From NCBI RefSeq assembly GCF_035285525.1, contig NZ_JAYKGW010000244.1, positions 19,424-51,423 on the forward strand: a stretch of DNA of 32,000 bases. Direction: 5' to 3'. The notes beneath the pieces were generated by a model, which saw only the letters and a program-made list of their open reading frames with translations, was not told where the DNA came from and made no database searches. This DNA comes from Okeania sp. GTDB lineage: Bacteria; Cyanobacteriota; Cyanobacteriia; Cyanobacteriales; Microcoleaceae. Of the stretch, positions 10,526-20,210 are shown piece by piece. The position numbers and the translations under genes are program-made. Within the stretch, counting starts at the first letter, position 1. Each line of letters opens with the position of its first letter.

Positions 10526-10909
10526 TTACTTCTTAGCAGCAGCTTTCTTCTTACCAGCTACAGTTCGACGTACACCCCTACGAGTTCTAGCATTGGTGCG
10601 AGTTCGTTGTCCTCTAACTGGTAAACCCATTCTGTGTCGGCGACCTCGATAACAACCAATATCCATCAATCGCTTGATGCTCATGGCTTCTAATCTTCTG
10701 AGGTCTCCTTCCACTTCATAGTTTTCTTGGACTTCAGCCCGAAGTGTTGCTATTTCCTGGTCACTTAAATCTTTGACACGGGTATCAGGATTTACTCCTG
10801 TTTCAGCTAAAATATCTTGGGACCGAGATAGTCCTATGCCATAAATGTATGTCAGACCAATTTCTATACGCTTATCGCGTGGGAGGTCTACCCCAGCAAT
10901 TCTTGCCAC
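10526..10909 (-). CDS. rpsM: 30S ribosomal protein S13
   Basis: 127 aa; [26 protein letters not shown]. Confidence 0.97.
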   Translation of the reverse strand: MARIAGVDLPRDKRIEIGLTYIYGIGLSRSQDILAETGVNPDTRVKDLSDQEIATLRAEVQENYEVEGDLRRLEAMSIKRLMDIGCYRGRRHRMGLPVRGQRTRTNARTRRGVRRTVAGKKKAAAKK

Positions 10910-11102
10910 TTTAGTTTTTCTCCCTCAGCTTTAGATAGAATTTACATATTTCTTGATGAGTATGCAGTAAATATAGCGCTAGGCGCAAGTAAAAAGACAA
11001 AATTATCAAGTTATCTCTGACTAAATTTCAGTGCTTAGAAATAGAAATCTCCTGATTTTGGCTTTGACTGCTATACTCTAATTTTGATGTCTAATAATAT
11101 GT

Positions 11103-11216
11103 CTAACCTTGACGTTGTTTGTGTTTGGGGTTAGTACATATCACCATTACTCGCCCTCGGCGACGAATGACACGACACTTCTCACAAATTTTTTTAACGG
11201 ATGCTCTAACTTTCAT
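11103..11216 (-). CDS. rpmJ: 50S ribosomal protein L36 (37 aa), not in the ORF track
   Basis: Hand translation of the minus strand gives ATG(11216)...TAG(11103-11105) = [37 protein letters not shown], the canonical L36 sequence. It lies in the expected slot between infA and rpsM. Confidence 0.95.
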   Translation of the reverse strand: MKVRASVKKICEKCRVIRRRGRVMVICTNPKHKQRQG

Positions 11217-11327
11217 GCCTTTTTTGGCAACACTACAAATTTTATATTATATCACTTTAGATATATTTTCTGCAAATATATCAACCCTAGAGTAAATTGG
11301 CAAAAATTTAAGTAAATTTAATATTTT

Positions 11328-11552
11328 CTACTTTTTCCGAAGTCGATAAGTAATTCGGCCTTTTGTCAAATCGTAGGGGGTTAATTCTACCTTGACTCGA
11401 TCGCCTGGTAGGATTTTGATGTAGTTGCGACGGATTTTACCGGAAATATGGGCTAATACATTAAACCCATTATCCAAATCTACCCTGAACATAGCATTAG
11501 GTAGGGATTCCGTCACTGTTCCCTCCATTTCTATGAGATCTTGTTTAGACAA
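11328..11552 (-). CDS. infA: Translation initiation factor IF-1
   Basis: 74 aa; [46 protein letters not shown]. Confidence 0.97.
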
Positions 11553-11721
11553 ATTTTAATAACCTCAATCCTGCAAGTAAGCAATTTTAGTTGGTAATTA
11601 TTCTAAAATTATTTCAGATAATTCCCTTAACATATTTTATCAAAAATTTTTAATTTTTAAGAGGTTATTTAGGTGGCACAAGTCCAATCTAATTGGAGCT
11701 ATGAACAGTTAAATTTTTTTT

Positions 11722-11816
11722 AGGACTTTACAGAAACCGGGTTGATCGAGGAAATTTTCTGACTTGAGAAATAATAACAAGATAAACTCGGTTTCTGGTT
11801 TAGGTGAGTAAGTTCT
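11722..11816. mobile_element. Degenerate AGGACT-family element with AGAAACCGGGTT/AAACTCGGTTTCT inner hairpin, infA-adk spacer
   Basis: AGGACTTTACAGAAACCGGGTT ... AAACTCGGTTTCTGGTTTAGGTGAGTAAGTTCT. Confidence 0.5.
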
Positions 11817-11846
11817 GTTTTCCTCAAAATCTAATTCCAAGTTAGT

Positions 11847-12428
11847 TTAGATTAATTTATCAATAGTTTGTTTCAAAGAATTAGTCACCACATCAACTGA
11901 CTGATTTCCATCTACAGTAACTAACTGTTGACGTGCTTGATAAAACTCTATCAAAGGTTGTGTTTGTTGATAATAAACCTGTAAACGATTTTTAATAGTT
12001 TCTTGATTATCATCTTGACGCCCCCTTGATAATAAACGAGTTACTAAAATATCATCTGGAACTTCCAAATTAATGACTTGAAAAGAATTACTTTCAGTCT
12101 CATTTTCAGTTGAACTTCCAGATAAAAGCTTTTTAGCAAACTCTTCTGCTTGAGTCACAGTCCGAGGAAAACCATCTAAAATCCAACCATTCTCCGCATC
12201 AGGGTGTTCCAATCTTTTTTGAACCATATCCAGGATGAGTTGGTCTGGGACTAAATCTCCTTTATCCATATACTCTTTAGCCTGAATACCTAAAGGAGAT
12301 TCTTCTTTGACGTTACTGCGTAAAATATCACCCGTAGAAATATGAGGAACTTGGTACAAATCTGCTACTAGAGATGCTTGCGTTCCTTTCCCTGCCCCTG
12401 GTGGCCCCAAGAATACCAATCTTACCAC
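11847..12428 (-). CDS. adk: Adenylate kinase
   Basis: 193 aa; P-loop GPPGAGKGTQ. The GTG start overlaps the secY stop by 1 nt (TAGTG). Confidence 0.95.
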   Translation of the reverse strand: MVRLVFLGPPGAGKGTQASLVADLYQVPHISTGDILRSNVKEESPLGIQAKEYMDKGDLVPDQLILDMVQKRLEHPDAENGWILDGFPRTVTQAEEFAKKLLSGSSTENETESNSFQVINLEVPDDILVTRLLSRGRQDDNQETIKNRLQVYYQQTQPLIEFYQARQQLVTVDGNQSVDVVTNSLKQTIDKLI

Positions 12429-13768
12429 TATTCCTTCACCATTCCTTCGTATCTTTGGGAGATAACATAAGTTTGAATTTGTTTCGCTGTATCAATAGCC
12501 ACACCTACTAAAATCAATAGAGAAGTAGCTCCTAAACCCCTAAATGTCGGTACACGAGTGGCACTTTCTACAGCAGTAGGAACTATTGCTACTAAACCTA
12601 AGAAAATAGCTCCCAGAAAGGTTAAACGGTTCAAAACTTTTTCAATATACTCGCTCGTAGTTTTACCAGGGCGAATACCTGGAATACTTGCTCCCATTTT
12701 CTTCAAATTCTGTGACATATCTATGGGGTTCATAATTAGAGAAGCATAGAAATAACTGAAGAAAAGGATTAAAACGAAGTAAAATAGGGCATACAACCAA
12801 GGTGTCGGACCACTAGGACTTATGGCCGTAGCAATCTGAGATATAATTGGACTATTGGCAAACTGAGCTAAGGATACAGGTAAGATCAAAACTGCTGAGG
12901 CAAAAATAATTGGCATTACTCCACCTTGATTCAATCGTAAAGGTAGATAGCTCTTGGTTTCCCGATATAATTTTCTACCTACTTGACGACGAGCTGACAA
13001 TATCGGTATCCGGCGACTACCCTCTTGCACAAACACAATACCCACAATCATTACCAGGAATACCAACAGCAAAATAATTGCTCGACCAACGATCGCTCGG
13101 TCTCCTCCTTCAAACAATTTGATGGTGTCCCCTAATGACTGAGGTAGTACAGCAACAATATTCACAAAAATCAGTAAAGATGCCCCATTTCCAATACCTC
13201 TTTCTGTGATTAATTCTGATATCCACATCACAAACATGGAACCTGCTGTGATTGCCAAAATAGTTTTGACAATAAATATAGGTCCTGGATTACTTGCTAC
13301 TGTTAACAGCTCTCCATTAAACTCTCCAGATGAGTTATTTAGAAATATTGCTAAACCAAAGCTTTGCAATATCGACCAACCCAACGCCACATAGCGAGTA
13401 ATTTGAGAAATCTTCCGACGTCCTGCCTCACCTTCATTTTTCTGCAAGTTTTCCAAACTGGGTAAAGCTGCCGTCATCAATTGAATAATAATTGATGCGT
13501 TAATATAGGGTATGATTCCTAATGCAAAAATACCTAATGCGGAAAAACCACCACCAGAAAAGAGGTCGAGGAATCCAGTTAAAGCCTGATTTCCAATTGT
13601 CGCTTGAAAAGCTTCTCTGTTTATTCCTGGTACTGGTAAGTACACACCTAGACGTACCAACAGAAGTAGACCTATTGTTACTAGAATCCGCCCTCGCAAA
13701 CCTGCTGCCTGGGCCATCTGCAAGAATGTCTCTTGAGCAGTTGGTGCCTTGTCTCTACTAATGTCCAT
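12428..13768 (-). CDS. secY: Preprotein translocase subunit SecY
   Basis: 446 aa, polytopic membrane protein; N-terminus DKAPTAQETFLQMAQAAGLRGR is typical of cyanobacterial SecY. Confidence 0.97.
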   Translation of the reverse strand: MDISRDKAPTAQETFLQMAQAAGLRGRILVTIGLLLLVRLGVYLPVPGINREAFQATIGNQALTGFLDLFSGGGFSALGIFALGIIPYINASIIIQLMTAALPSLENLQKNEGEAGRRKISQITRYVALGWSILQSFGLAIFLNNSSGEFNGELLTVASNPGPIFIVKTILAITAGSMFVMWISELITERGIGNGASLLIFVNIVAVLPQSLGDTIKLFEGGDRAIVGRAIILLLVFLVMIVGIVFVQEGSRRIPILSARRQVGRKLYRETKSYLPLRLNQGGVMPIIFASAVLILPVSLAQFANSPIISQIATAISPSGPTPWLYALFYFVLILFFSYFYASLIMNPIDMSQNLKKMGASIPGIRPGKTTSEYIEKVLNRLTFLGAIFLGLVAIVPTAVESATRVPTFRGLGATSLLILVGVAIDTAKQIQTYVISQRYEGMVKE

Positions 13769-13801
13769 ATATATTATTTCAGGTTTTGTTTTTTATATTT
13801 C

Positions 13802-13903
13802 AGGACTAAAGCCATGTGAACCCAGAAACCCGGTACGAGCGTAGACATCTATTGCTCAAAACCAGGATATATGCTAGCAACCGGGTTTCTTTGCGTAAGT
13901 CCT
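13802..13903. mobile_element. AGGACT-family MITE-like element (CCCAGAAACC subfamily), secY-rplO spacer
   Basis: AGGACTAAAGCCATGTGAACCCAGAAACCCGG ... AACCGGGTTTCTTTGCGTAAGTCCT. Confidence 0.7.
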
Positions 13904-13972
13904 ATATTTTTTGATTTTAGCAAAACTGGGCAAAATCTTCTGCTTTGAGAACCCACCCCTCTGGCTCCCCTC

Positions 13973-14512
13973 CTAGGAGGGGATGGGGGTGGGTGGCGGT
14001 TCTGTTGATTCTTGATCAGAATTATCTGGCTGTTCTGCTGAATCTTCATTAGACACAGTTTGAGAAACCCCTATTTCTTGACAACTACCACCCGCTGCTT
14101 CTATCTTGCTCCGAGCTGAAGCTGTAAAAGCTGCTGCATAAACTTTTAGGGAAACATTCAACTCTCCATCTCCCAAAACTTTGAGTGGACCATCGTCGCT
14201 GGTAATAATTCCAACTTCCATCAGAGAAGCAAGAGTTACTTCTGTGTTAGGTGGTAATGATGCCAACTTACTGACATTTATAATCGTGTATTTTTTCCTA
14301 TTTACTAGCGGAAAACCTTTTAATTTTGGCAAACGACGGTAGAGGGGGTTTTGGCCACCTTCAAATCCAGGTCTAGTGCTACGACCAGAACGAGATTTTT
14401 GACCACGCATCCCTTTACCGCAGCTTGCACCTTGACCTGCAGAGATTCCCCGACCTACTCTGCGACCGCGTTGTTGGGAACCTTTTTTTGGAATTGCATC
14501 TTTTAATCGCAT
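13973..14512 (-). CDS. rplO: 50S ribosomal protein L15 with an unusual low-complexity C-terminal extension
   Basis: 179 aa. The L15 core ([24 protein letters not shown] ... [12 protein letters not shown]) is followed by about 30 extra residues ending PPPTPIPS. The stop codon lies at the centre of a 16-bp palindrome. Confidence 0.93.
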   Translation of the reverse strand: MRLKDAIPKKGSQQRGRRVGRGISAGQGASCGKGMRGQKSRSGRSTRPGFEGGQNPLYRRLPKLKGFPLVNRKKYTIINVSKLASLPPNTEVTLASLMEVGIITSDDGPLKVLGDGELNVSLKVYAAAFTASARSKIEAAGGSCQEIGVSQTVSNEDSAEQPDNSDQESTEPPPTPIPS

Positions 14513-14614
14513 ATTTTTTAATCTGGTTAGATGTTATATAGAATCCTGCTAAATACTTATTGTATCTACCAGAGGATATCCTCCTAACCCCCCTTTAAAA
14601 GGGGGCAAAGAAAG

Positions 14615-14691
14615 AAGCAGAAACAGAGTTTATTGTAGAAATTTCCAGATAGTGAAAAATACTTAGGGCAATAAACCCGGTTTCTTGTTTT
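14615..14691. repeat. 77-nt direct repeat copy 1 (hairpin element with AGAAAC(C)G(G)GTTTATTG arms)
   Basis: 75/77 identical to 14828-14904. Both differences fall in the left stem arm. Confidence 0.9.
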
Positions 14692-14694
14692 TAT

Positions 14695-14810
14695 AGGACT
14701 GATGCACGTCTAACGTATTTCTGTCATTGCTCCCGAGGCGCGTTTGCGAAGCAGTCTCTTAGGATAGCAATCTCAAATGCATAAAACTCGTTCATCATGG
14801 CTTTAGTCCT
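14695..14810. mobile_element. AGGACT-family MITE-like element (inverted orientation), rplO-rpsE spacer
   Basis: AGGACTGATGCACG ... TTCATCATGGCTTTAGTCCT. The right end is the reverse complement of AGGACTAAAGCCATGA. Confidence 0.6.
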
Positions 14811-14827
14811 GTTTTAATTTAGAACTT

Positions 14828-14904
14828 AAGCAGAAACCGGGTTTATTGTAGAAATTTCCAGATAGTGAAAAATACTTAGGGCAATAAACCCGGTTTCTTG
14901 TTTT
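14828..14904. repeat. 77-nt direct repeat copy 2, perfect 17-bp hairpin arms AGAAACCGGGTTTATTG / CAATAAACCCGGTTTCT
   Basis: Offset 213 bp from copy 1. It ends 10 nt from the rpsE stop codon. Confidence 0.9.
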
Positions 14905-14913
14905 CCTTGAGAA

Positions 14914-15453
14914 CTAAACATATAAAGTTTCTATAGGTACATCTCGCTCTTGAGCTACATCTGATAATGTTCTCAAAGCATCCAAAGCGTTAACAGCAGC
15001 TCTAGCATTGTTCAATGGATTTTTAGAACCTAACTGTTTAGCTAGTATATTTTGAACACCTGCTAATTCCAGAACTGTTCTGACAGCTCCCCCGGCAATA
15101 ACTCCTGTACCTGGTGCTGCTGGTCGCATCATTACTTTGGCTCCTCCACCAATACCATTTACTGGGTGAGGAATAGAATTAGATTTGGTGAGTGGAACTT
15201 GTATAATATGTTTTTTACCATCGGCCACTCCTTTCTTTACCGCACCGATAACGTCCGCTGCCTTACCTACTCCAACGCCTACTTGACCCTTTTCGTTGCC
15301 GATGACAACGATAGCTCGGAAACTCAAGTTTTTACCACCTTTAACAACTTTGGTGACTCGGCGAATCTGGACAACTCTTTCTTGCCATTCAATTTCTTTT
15401 TCTTTGGTACGGCTACTTTTTTTCCGACGCTGTTGTTGCTGTTGTTCTGCCAT
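14914..15453 (-). CDS. rpsE: 30S ribosomal protein S5
   Basis: 179 aa; [31 protein letters not shown]. Confidence 0.97.
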   Translation of the reverse strand: MAEQQQQQRRKKSSRTKEKEIEWQERVVQIRRVTKVVKGGKNLSFRAIVVIGNEKGQVGVGVGKAADVIGAVKKGVADGKKHIIQVPLTKSNSIPHPVNGIGGGAKVMMRPAAPGTGVIAGGAVRTVLELAGVQNILAKQLGSKNPLNNARAAVNALDALRTLSDVAQERDVPIETLYV

Positions 15454-15544
15454 ATTTCTTACCCTTTGTCAAGTTGATTATTTTTTTTGTAATAGCGATA
15501 AAGAGGGAGTAGGGAGGAAAGAACTGATAAATAAGAGTAGAATC

Positions 15545-15634
15545 AGGAGTTACGCAAAGACACTGTATATAGCGTTTCGATGCCGGAGCGCACCTGGTAA
15601 CGCACCCTACCAATAGCGTTCATGCGTAAGTCCT
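15545..15634. mobile_element. AGGACT-family MITE-like element (inverted, degenerate left end AGGAGT), rpsE-rplR spacer
   Basis: AGGAGTTACGCAAAG ... GCACCCTACCAATAGCGTTCATGCGTAAGTCCT is the reverse-complement arrangement of the 7383 and 27726 copies. Confidence 0.6.
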
Positions 15635-15771
15635 AAGAATAATTAATTTGATTTTTTATTATTTGGATATGTCTAAAATTCTCATCTTTCCATTTCCGCA
15701 TTTTCCCATCACAACACTAAAAAAGATAAATAGCAAAGTTTTTGAGATTTAGTATAACTTTCAATAATAAC

Positions 15772-16134
15772 TTAAAAGTCTAACCCAGCTTCACGAGCGG
15801 CCTCAGCTAAAGCTTTGACTCGACCATGATACAGGTTGCCACCACGGTCAAAAACTACTTGGTCTATTCCTTTTTCTAGCGATCGCTTGGCAATTAATTT
15901 ACCTACTTCCATAGAAGCATCACAGTTAGCACCAGATTTAATGTTGGACTTTACTTCTGCTTCTACTGTTGAGGCAGCCACCAAGGTATGCTGCTTAGTA
16001 TCATCTATTACTTGAGCATAGATGTGCATATTTGAGCGAAATACACATAGTCTAGGACGGTCTGGTGTCCCAAACACTTTTTTTCGGACTCGGCGATGTC
16101 GCTTTCTAATTGAATCTTGACGAGTATACTTCAT
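15772..16134 (-). CDS. rplR: 50S ribosomal protein L18
   Basis: 120 aa; [20 protein letters not shown]. Confidence 0.97.
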   Translation of the reverse strand: MKYTRQDSIRKRHRRVRKKVFGTPDRPRLCVFRSNMHIYAQVIDDTKQHTLVAASTVEAEVKSNIKSGANCDASMEVGKLIAKRSLEKGIDQVVFDRGGNLYHGRVKALAEAAREAGLDF

Positions 16135-16137
16135 TGT

Positions 16138-16677
16138 TTATTTCTTGCCTGACTTACCCGCTTTGAGTTTAATCATTTCTCCGGCATAACGAATGCCTTT
16201 TCCTTTGTAGACTTCTGGTGGACGGACAGCTCTAATTTTCGCTGCCGTATTGCCCACCAGCTCTTTATTAATACCGTTAACAATGACGTTGGTATTATTT
16301 TCTACCGCTATACTAATACCTTCAGGAGCTGGCATTTCCACTGGTTTACTGTAACCCACGTTCAATACTAAAGTCTTGCCTTGAACTTGGGCACGATAAC
16401 CTACCCCTTGAATGGATAGGCGTTTTTCGTATCCCTTAGAAACCCCTTCTACCATATTAGCAACCAGAGTCCGACTGAGACCGTACCTCTGCCGTGCCCG
16501 GCGAGATTCTTCTTGAGGTTTCACAACAATAGTTTCCTCTTGTTGTTCCGCTCCTATCTCAGGTGGTAATACTCTGGAAAGTTCACCTTTCGGGCCTTTT
16601 ACTGTTACTTTTTGACCCTCAATGGTAACGGTAACTTTTTTAGGTATCGGGATTGGACGTTTACCAATTCGTGACAT
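16138..16677 (-). CDS. rplF: 50S ribosomal protein L6
   Basis: 179 aa; [33 protein letters not shown]. Confidence 0.97.
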   Translation of the reverse strand: MSRIGKRPIPIPKKVTVTIEGQKVTVKGPKGELSRVLPPEIGAEQQEETIVVKPQEESRRARQRYGLSRTLVANMVEGVSKGYEKRLSIQGVGYRAQVQGKTLVLNVGYSKPVEMPAPEGISIAVENNTNVIVNGINKELVGNTAAKIRAVRPPEVYKGKGIRYAGEMIKLKAGKSGKK

Positions 16678-16821
16678 ATTTCCTATATTTAAGTTAAGTT
16701 GCTAGATATTTTTTTGTTTTGCTTAATCTATAGCTATCTATAAATTATTTTAGTTATAAAGCACTACAAAAAAAAGTTTTCAAACATTGATAAAATTAAA
16801 ATCCTTTAGCCAATTAACTTG

Positions 16822-16849
16822 AGCTGATAGCTGATAGCTAAATGCTTAA
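16822..16849. repeat. Heptamer array AGCTGAT x2 plus AGCTAAA-TGCTTAA, next to the rpsH stop
   Basis: Read directly. It shares the 12-mer GCTAAATGCTTA (16837-16848) with the array at the rplC stop. Confidence 0.85.
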
Positions 16850-16856
16850 AGCTATA

Positions 16857-17258
16857 CTACCAAACATAGCAAAGAACTTCTCCACCAATGCCTCTTTTTC
16901 TAGCTTCCCTATCAGTCATAATTCCACTAGATGTAGAAATAATAGCTATTCCTATTCCACCTAAAACCCGTGGTAACTCTTTGCGATTTTTATAAACCCG
17001 GAGTCCTGGTTTACTAACTCGCTTCAAATATCTAATAATGGGTTGGCGATTCTTGCCTTTGTATTTTAAAGAAATTACTAAAAACTTCTTAATACCTTCC
17101 CCTTCTTGTTCAAACTCACCAATAAAACCTTCCTCTTTCAAGACTTTGGCAATACTGCGAGTCATCTTTGTTGCTGGAACTTTTGTGGTTGTATGTTGCG
17201 CCATGCAGGAGTTGCGAATTCGCGTCAACATATCTGATACTGTGTCGTTAGCCGCCAT
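16857..17258 (-). CDS. rpsH: 30S ribosomal protein S8
   Basis: 133 aa; [12 protein letters not shown]. Confidence 0.97.
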   Translation of the reverse strand: MAANDTVSDMLTRIRNSCMAQHTTTKVPATKMTRSIAKVLKEEGFIGEFEQEGEGIKKFLVISLKYKGKNRQPIIRYLKRVSKPGLRVYKNRKELPRVLGGIGIAIISTSSGIMTDREARKRGIGGEVLCYVW

Positions 17259-17289
17259 TTTTTCCTCTTTTCTTTAACTACTTTTTTAG

Positions 17290-17832
17290 TTAACTCCGGA
17301 AAGGCATTCCCATTTCTTTAAGCAGGGCACGGCCTTCTTCATCAGTTTTAGCTGTGGTAATAATCGAAATGTCCATTCCTCGAATTTGATCGATTTTGTC
17401 ATATTCTATTTCGGGAAAAATAAGTTGTTCTTTAACCCCTAAACTATAATTGCCTCGACCATCAAAGCTTTTAGGATTTATGCCTCGAAAATCTCTAATT
17501 CTGGGTAATGCTAAATTAATTAGTCTATCTATAAATTCATACATTCTTCCAGAACGTAGAGTCACCATAACCCCTACTGGCATTCCTTGACGAATTTTAA
17601 AACCAGCGATCGCTTTTTTGGCTCTGGTTACTATTGGTTTTTGGCCTGTAATTGTGGCAAATTCTTTCACTGATGAATCTAGGGCTTTAGCATTTTGAGA
17701 TGCTTCTCCTAAACCACGATTAATTGTTATTTTTACCAGTTTTGGTACTTGGTGAATATTCTTATACTTAAATTGTTCCATTAATTTAGGAACAATATTT
17801 TTATCGTAGTATTTCTTTAGTCTTTCTGCCAT
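17290..17832 (-). CDS. rplE: 50S ribosomal protein L5
   Basis: 180 aa; conserved L5 core ([10 protein letters not shown] ... [18 protein letters not shown]). Confidence 0.97.
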   Translation of the reverse strand: MAERLKKYYDKNIVPKLMEQFKYKNIHQVPKLVKITINRGLGEASQNAKALDSSVKEFATITGQKPIVTRAKKAIAGFKIRQGMPVGVMVTLRSGRMYEFIDRLINLALPRIRDFRGINPKSFDGRGNYSLGVKEQLIFPEIEYDKIDQIRGMDISIITTAKTDEEGRALLKEMGMPFRS

Positions 17833-17867
17833 AGTTTTGCTGATTATATTGAAGAATTTACTTGAAT

Positions 17868-18236
17868 TTAATCAATAATTTCTCCGGTTTTTTTGAGCTG
17901 ACGTACTTTGCGACCGTCTTCTGTAAATGTATAACCAAAACGACTTGCTACTTTTTCTTTATTAGAATAAAGCATCACGTTAGAACTATGAATTGGAGCT
18001 TCAACGGTGACTATTTTACCAGATTCTCCTTCTTGCTGAGGCTTAACGTGTTTGGTTTTGATGTTAACATCTTTAACTACAACTTTGCTGATTTTCGGTA
18101 ATACTTGCAGGATTTCACCTACCTTACCTTTATCTTTACCAGCAATTACCTGAACTGTGTCACCTTTTTTAACGTGAATTTTATAGCGTACAGGTTTTCC
18201 GTTGGCAGTCATCAAAGGTTTTTTCTTAAATGCCAT
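17868..18236 (-). CDS. rplX: 50S ribosomal protein L24
   Basis: 122 aa; KOW motif [16 protein letters not shown]. The start overlaps the rplN stop (TAATG). Confidence 0.96.
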   Translation of the reverse strand: MAFKKKPLMTANGKPVRYKIHVKKGDTVQVIAGKDKGKVGEILQVLPKISKVVVKDVNIKTKHVKPQQEGESGKIVTVEAPIHSSNVMLYSNKEKVASRFGYTFTEDGRKVRQLKKTGEIID

Positions 18237-18604
18237 TACAGTACCTCCGGTGCTAGGGATACAATTTTAGTAAAGTTTTTGTCTCGTAATTCACGAGCTA
18301 CTGGGCCAAAAACACGAGTTCCCCGCGGGTTGCCTTCTGGGTTAATGATCACGACTGCGTTATCATCAAACCTAATACTCATACCACTTTCTCGGCGCAG
18401 ACCTTTTTTAGTTCTTACCACCACAGCTCTAACTACATCTGACTTTTTAACAGCCATATTAGGAGATGCGTCTTTAACTACAGCGATAATTACATCACCT
18501 ATGCGTGCATAGCGACGATTTCCACCACCGATTACACGGATACACATTACTTTACGGGCACCGCTATTATCAGCGACATTTAATACGGTTTCTTGTTGAA
18601 TCAT
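18236..18604 (-). CDS. rplN: 50S ribosomal protein L14
   Basis: 122 aa; [24 protein letters not shown]. Confidence 0.98.
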   Translation of the reverse strand: MIQQETVLNVADNSGARKVMCIRVIGGGNRRYARIGDVIIAVVKDASPNMAVKKSDVVRAVVVRTKKGLRRESGMSIRFDDNAVVIINPEGNPRGTRVFGPVARELRDKNFTKIVSLAPEVL

Positions 18605-18646
18605 GGTGGTCTTTCTATGATTTCAGTATGTTGATACCAAACTTAG

Positions 18647-18666
18647 GGACGTTTCGCGAAACGTCC
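18647..18666. repeat. Perfect 20-bp palindrome GGACGTTTCGCGAAACGTCC in the rpsQ-rplN spacer
   Basis: Read directly. Member of the GGGACGTT...AACGTCCC hairpin family (also at 1301-1322, 20173-20210, 24683-24706, 31613-31636). Confidence 0.9.
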
Positions 18667-18755
18667 GTACAAACCTAAGATCTGTACAAACGTTGGGATT
18701 GAAAATGTTGTCAGATTTAATAGTTTTACCAAAACTCATCAAATCAACAATTAAA

Positions 18756-19004
18756 TTAACTAATCTTAGAACTGATTATTTCAGCAACTTGCCAACGTTT
18801 GGTACGGCTCATCGGACGAGTTTCAGAAATCCGGACGCGATCGCCTTCTTTACATTTATTCTCCTCGTCGTGAACTTTATATCTTTTAGTTTTCACAACT
18901 GTTTTACCGTACCTGGGGTGAGCAGAGCGGTTTTCTACTGCCACCACTACTGTTTTTTGCATTTTGTTGCTGACAACTACTCCTACTAATTCTTTAGTCG
19001 CCAT
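18756..19004 (-). CDS. rpsQ: 30S ribosomal protein S17
   Basis: 82 aa; [17 protein letters not shown]...HPRYGK. Confidence 0.96.
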   Translation of the reverse strand: MATKELVGVVVSNKMQKTVVVAVENRSAHPRYGKTVVKTKRYKVHDEENKCKEGDRVRISETRPMSRTKRWQVAEIISSKIS

Positions 19005-19278
19005 AATTTTTCTTCTTTACTTTATTGAGTTAAAACTGCTATTTAACCTCCTATCAGCTATCAGCTTTTAGTCAGTTTTTCGGGGTGAAAATTCCTATTT
19101 TCTATAAACAAAGCGAATGGTTGAAAATATTTCAAAATTACCATTCTTAACAAGTTAAAAAAATAATCTAATTTAGTATTGACTACTTCTTTAATTCTTA
19201 CCTAAGAAATAAAATTTTTATCTAGTGTTAACAATTAATAATATTTTACTCAACTGAAACACCTATTATTTTTTTATT

Positions 19279-19560
19279 TTACTCAGGATTTTCTACTGTT
19301 TCAACAGGATTTGATTCTACCTCTGTAGTAGCCTCAGCCTCTTGAGCAGCTTCTGCTTGTTTAGCTAGTTCCCGCTCTTTTTCTATTGTTAATAACTGAG
19401 AAAGTCGATGGCGACCATGCTTAAACAGGTGTGGCTTTTCCATTCTTCCTGCACCTTTGAGGATGCGCAAGTCTAACAATTCTCGCTTAACCCTAACTAT
19501 TTCACTAGCTAGTTCTTCATCACTCAATTCTCTAACTTCTGCTATTTTTGGAAAAGGCAT
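19279..19560 (-). CDS. rpmC: 50S ribosomal protein L29 (acidic C-terminal tail)
   Basis: 93 aa. The L29 core ([21 protein letters not shown]) is followed by an E/A-rich tail. It starts 3 nt after the rplP stop. Confidence 0.93.
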   Translation of the reverse strand: MPFPKIAEVRELSDEELASEIVRVKRELLDLRILKGAGRMEKPHLFKHGRHRLSQLLTIEKERELAKQAEAAQEAEATTEVESNPVETVENPE

Positions 19561-19563
19561 AAA

Positions 19564-19977
19564 TTATTCCTCCTCGCGTACAATAAACCTTGTCTTAATA
19601 GGCAGTTTAAATGATGCTAAACGCATAGCTTCACGAGCTATGTCTTCCGCAACCCCACCTAACTCAAACATAATACGACCTGGTTTAACTACTGCCACCC
19701 AATATTCAGGGGCACCTTTACCAGAACCCATACGAGTTTCCGCCGCTCTCATTGTAACTGGTTTATCTGGAAAAATACGAATCCAAATTTTTCCACCCCT
19801 ACGGATGTAACGAGTCATCGCACGTCGAGCCGCTTCGATTTGACGGGAAGTAATCCAAGAAGGTTCTAATGCTTGGAGTGCATATTGACCAAAGTTGATC
19901 TTATTGCCACTATTAGCATTACCTCTCATCCTTCCACGTTGCTGTTTTCGGAATTTTGTTCTCTTAGGACTTAACAT
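19564..19977 (-). CDS. rplP: 50S ribosomal protein L16
   Basis: 137 aa; [19 protein letters not shown]. Confidence 0.98.
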   Translation of the reverse strand: MLSPKRTKFRKQQRGRMRGNANSGNKINFGQYALQALEPSWITSRQIEAARRAMTRYIRRGGKIWIRIFPDKPVTMRAAETRMGSGKGAPEYWVAVVKPGRIMFELGGVAEDIAREAMRLASFKLPIKTRFIVREEE

Positions 19978-20172
19978 AGTCTACTATTTTATTTTTGGCT
20001 TAAGTATAAGTATTTTCTGAAGGAAAAAATAGTCACTAGCTACAAATTAAACTTCTAACTTATGACCAGAAAATAAGGTCTCAAGCTTTCCTTTTTAAGG
20101 GTATGAAGAAAATCAACGTCAGTATTTCAAGACTATAACTTTAGCCAGAGATGCCGATCACTGATCACTGTT

Positions 20173-20210
20173 GTACGGACGTTCGCATTTTTGTTATGCA
20201 ACGTCCCTAC
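20173..20210. repeat. Hairpin repeat GTACGGACGTTCGCAT-ttttgtt-ATGCAACGTCCCTAC abutting the rpsC stop codon
   Basis: Read directly. On the minus strand the element starts at the rpsC TAG (20210-20212). Confidence 0.8.

Noticed and set aside
11109-11315. 68-aa plus-strand ORF
   Set aside because: It is antisense to the unmistakable rpmJ (L36) gene, starts at TTG, has no recognisable product, and extends into the AT-rich spacer.
13849-14049. 66-aa minus-strand ORF (and similarly 15413-15613)
   Set aside because: These span MITE or palindrome sequence in spacers and overlap the rplO tail or rpsE start in other frames. The proline/arginine-rich product comes from G/C-rich repeat DNA.
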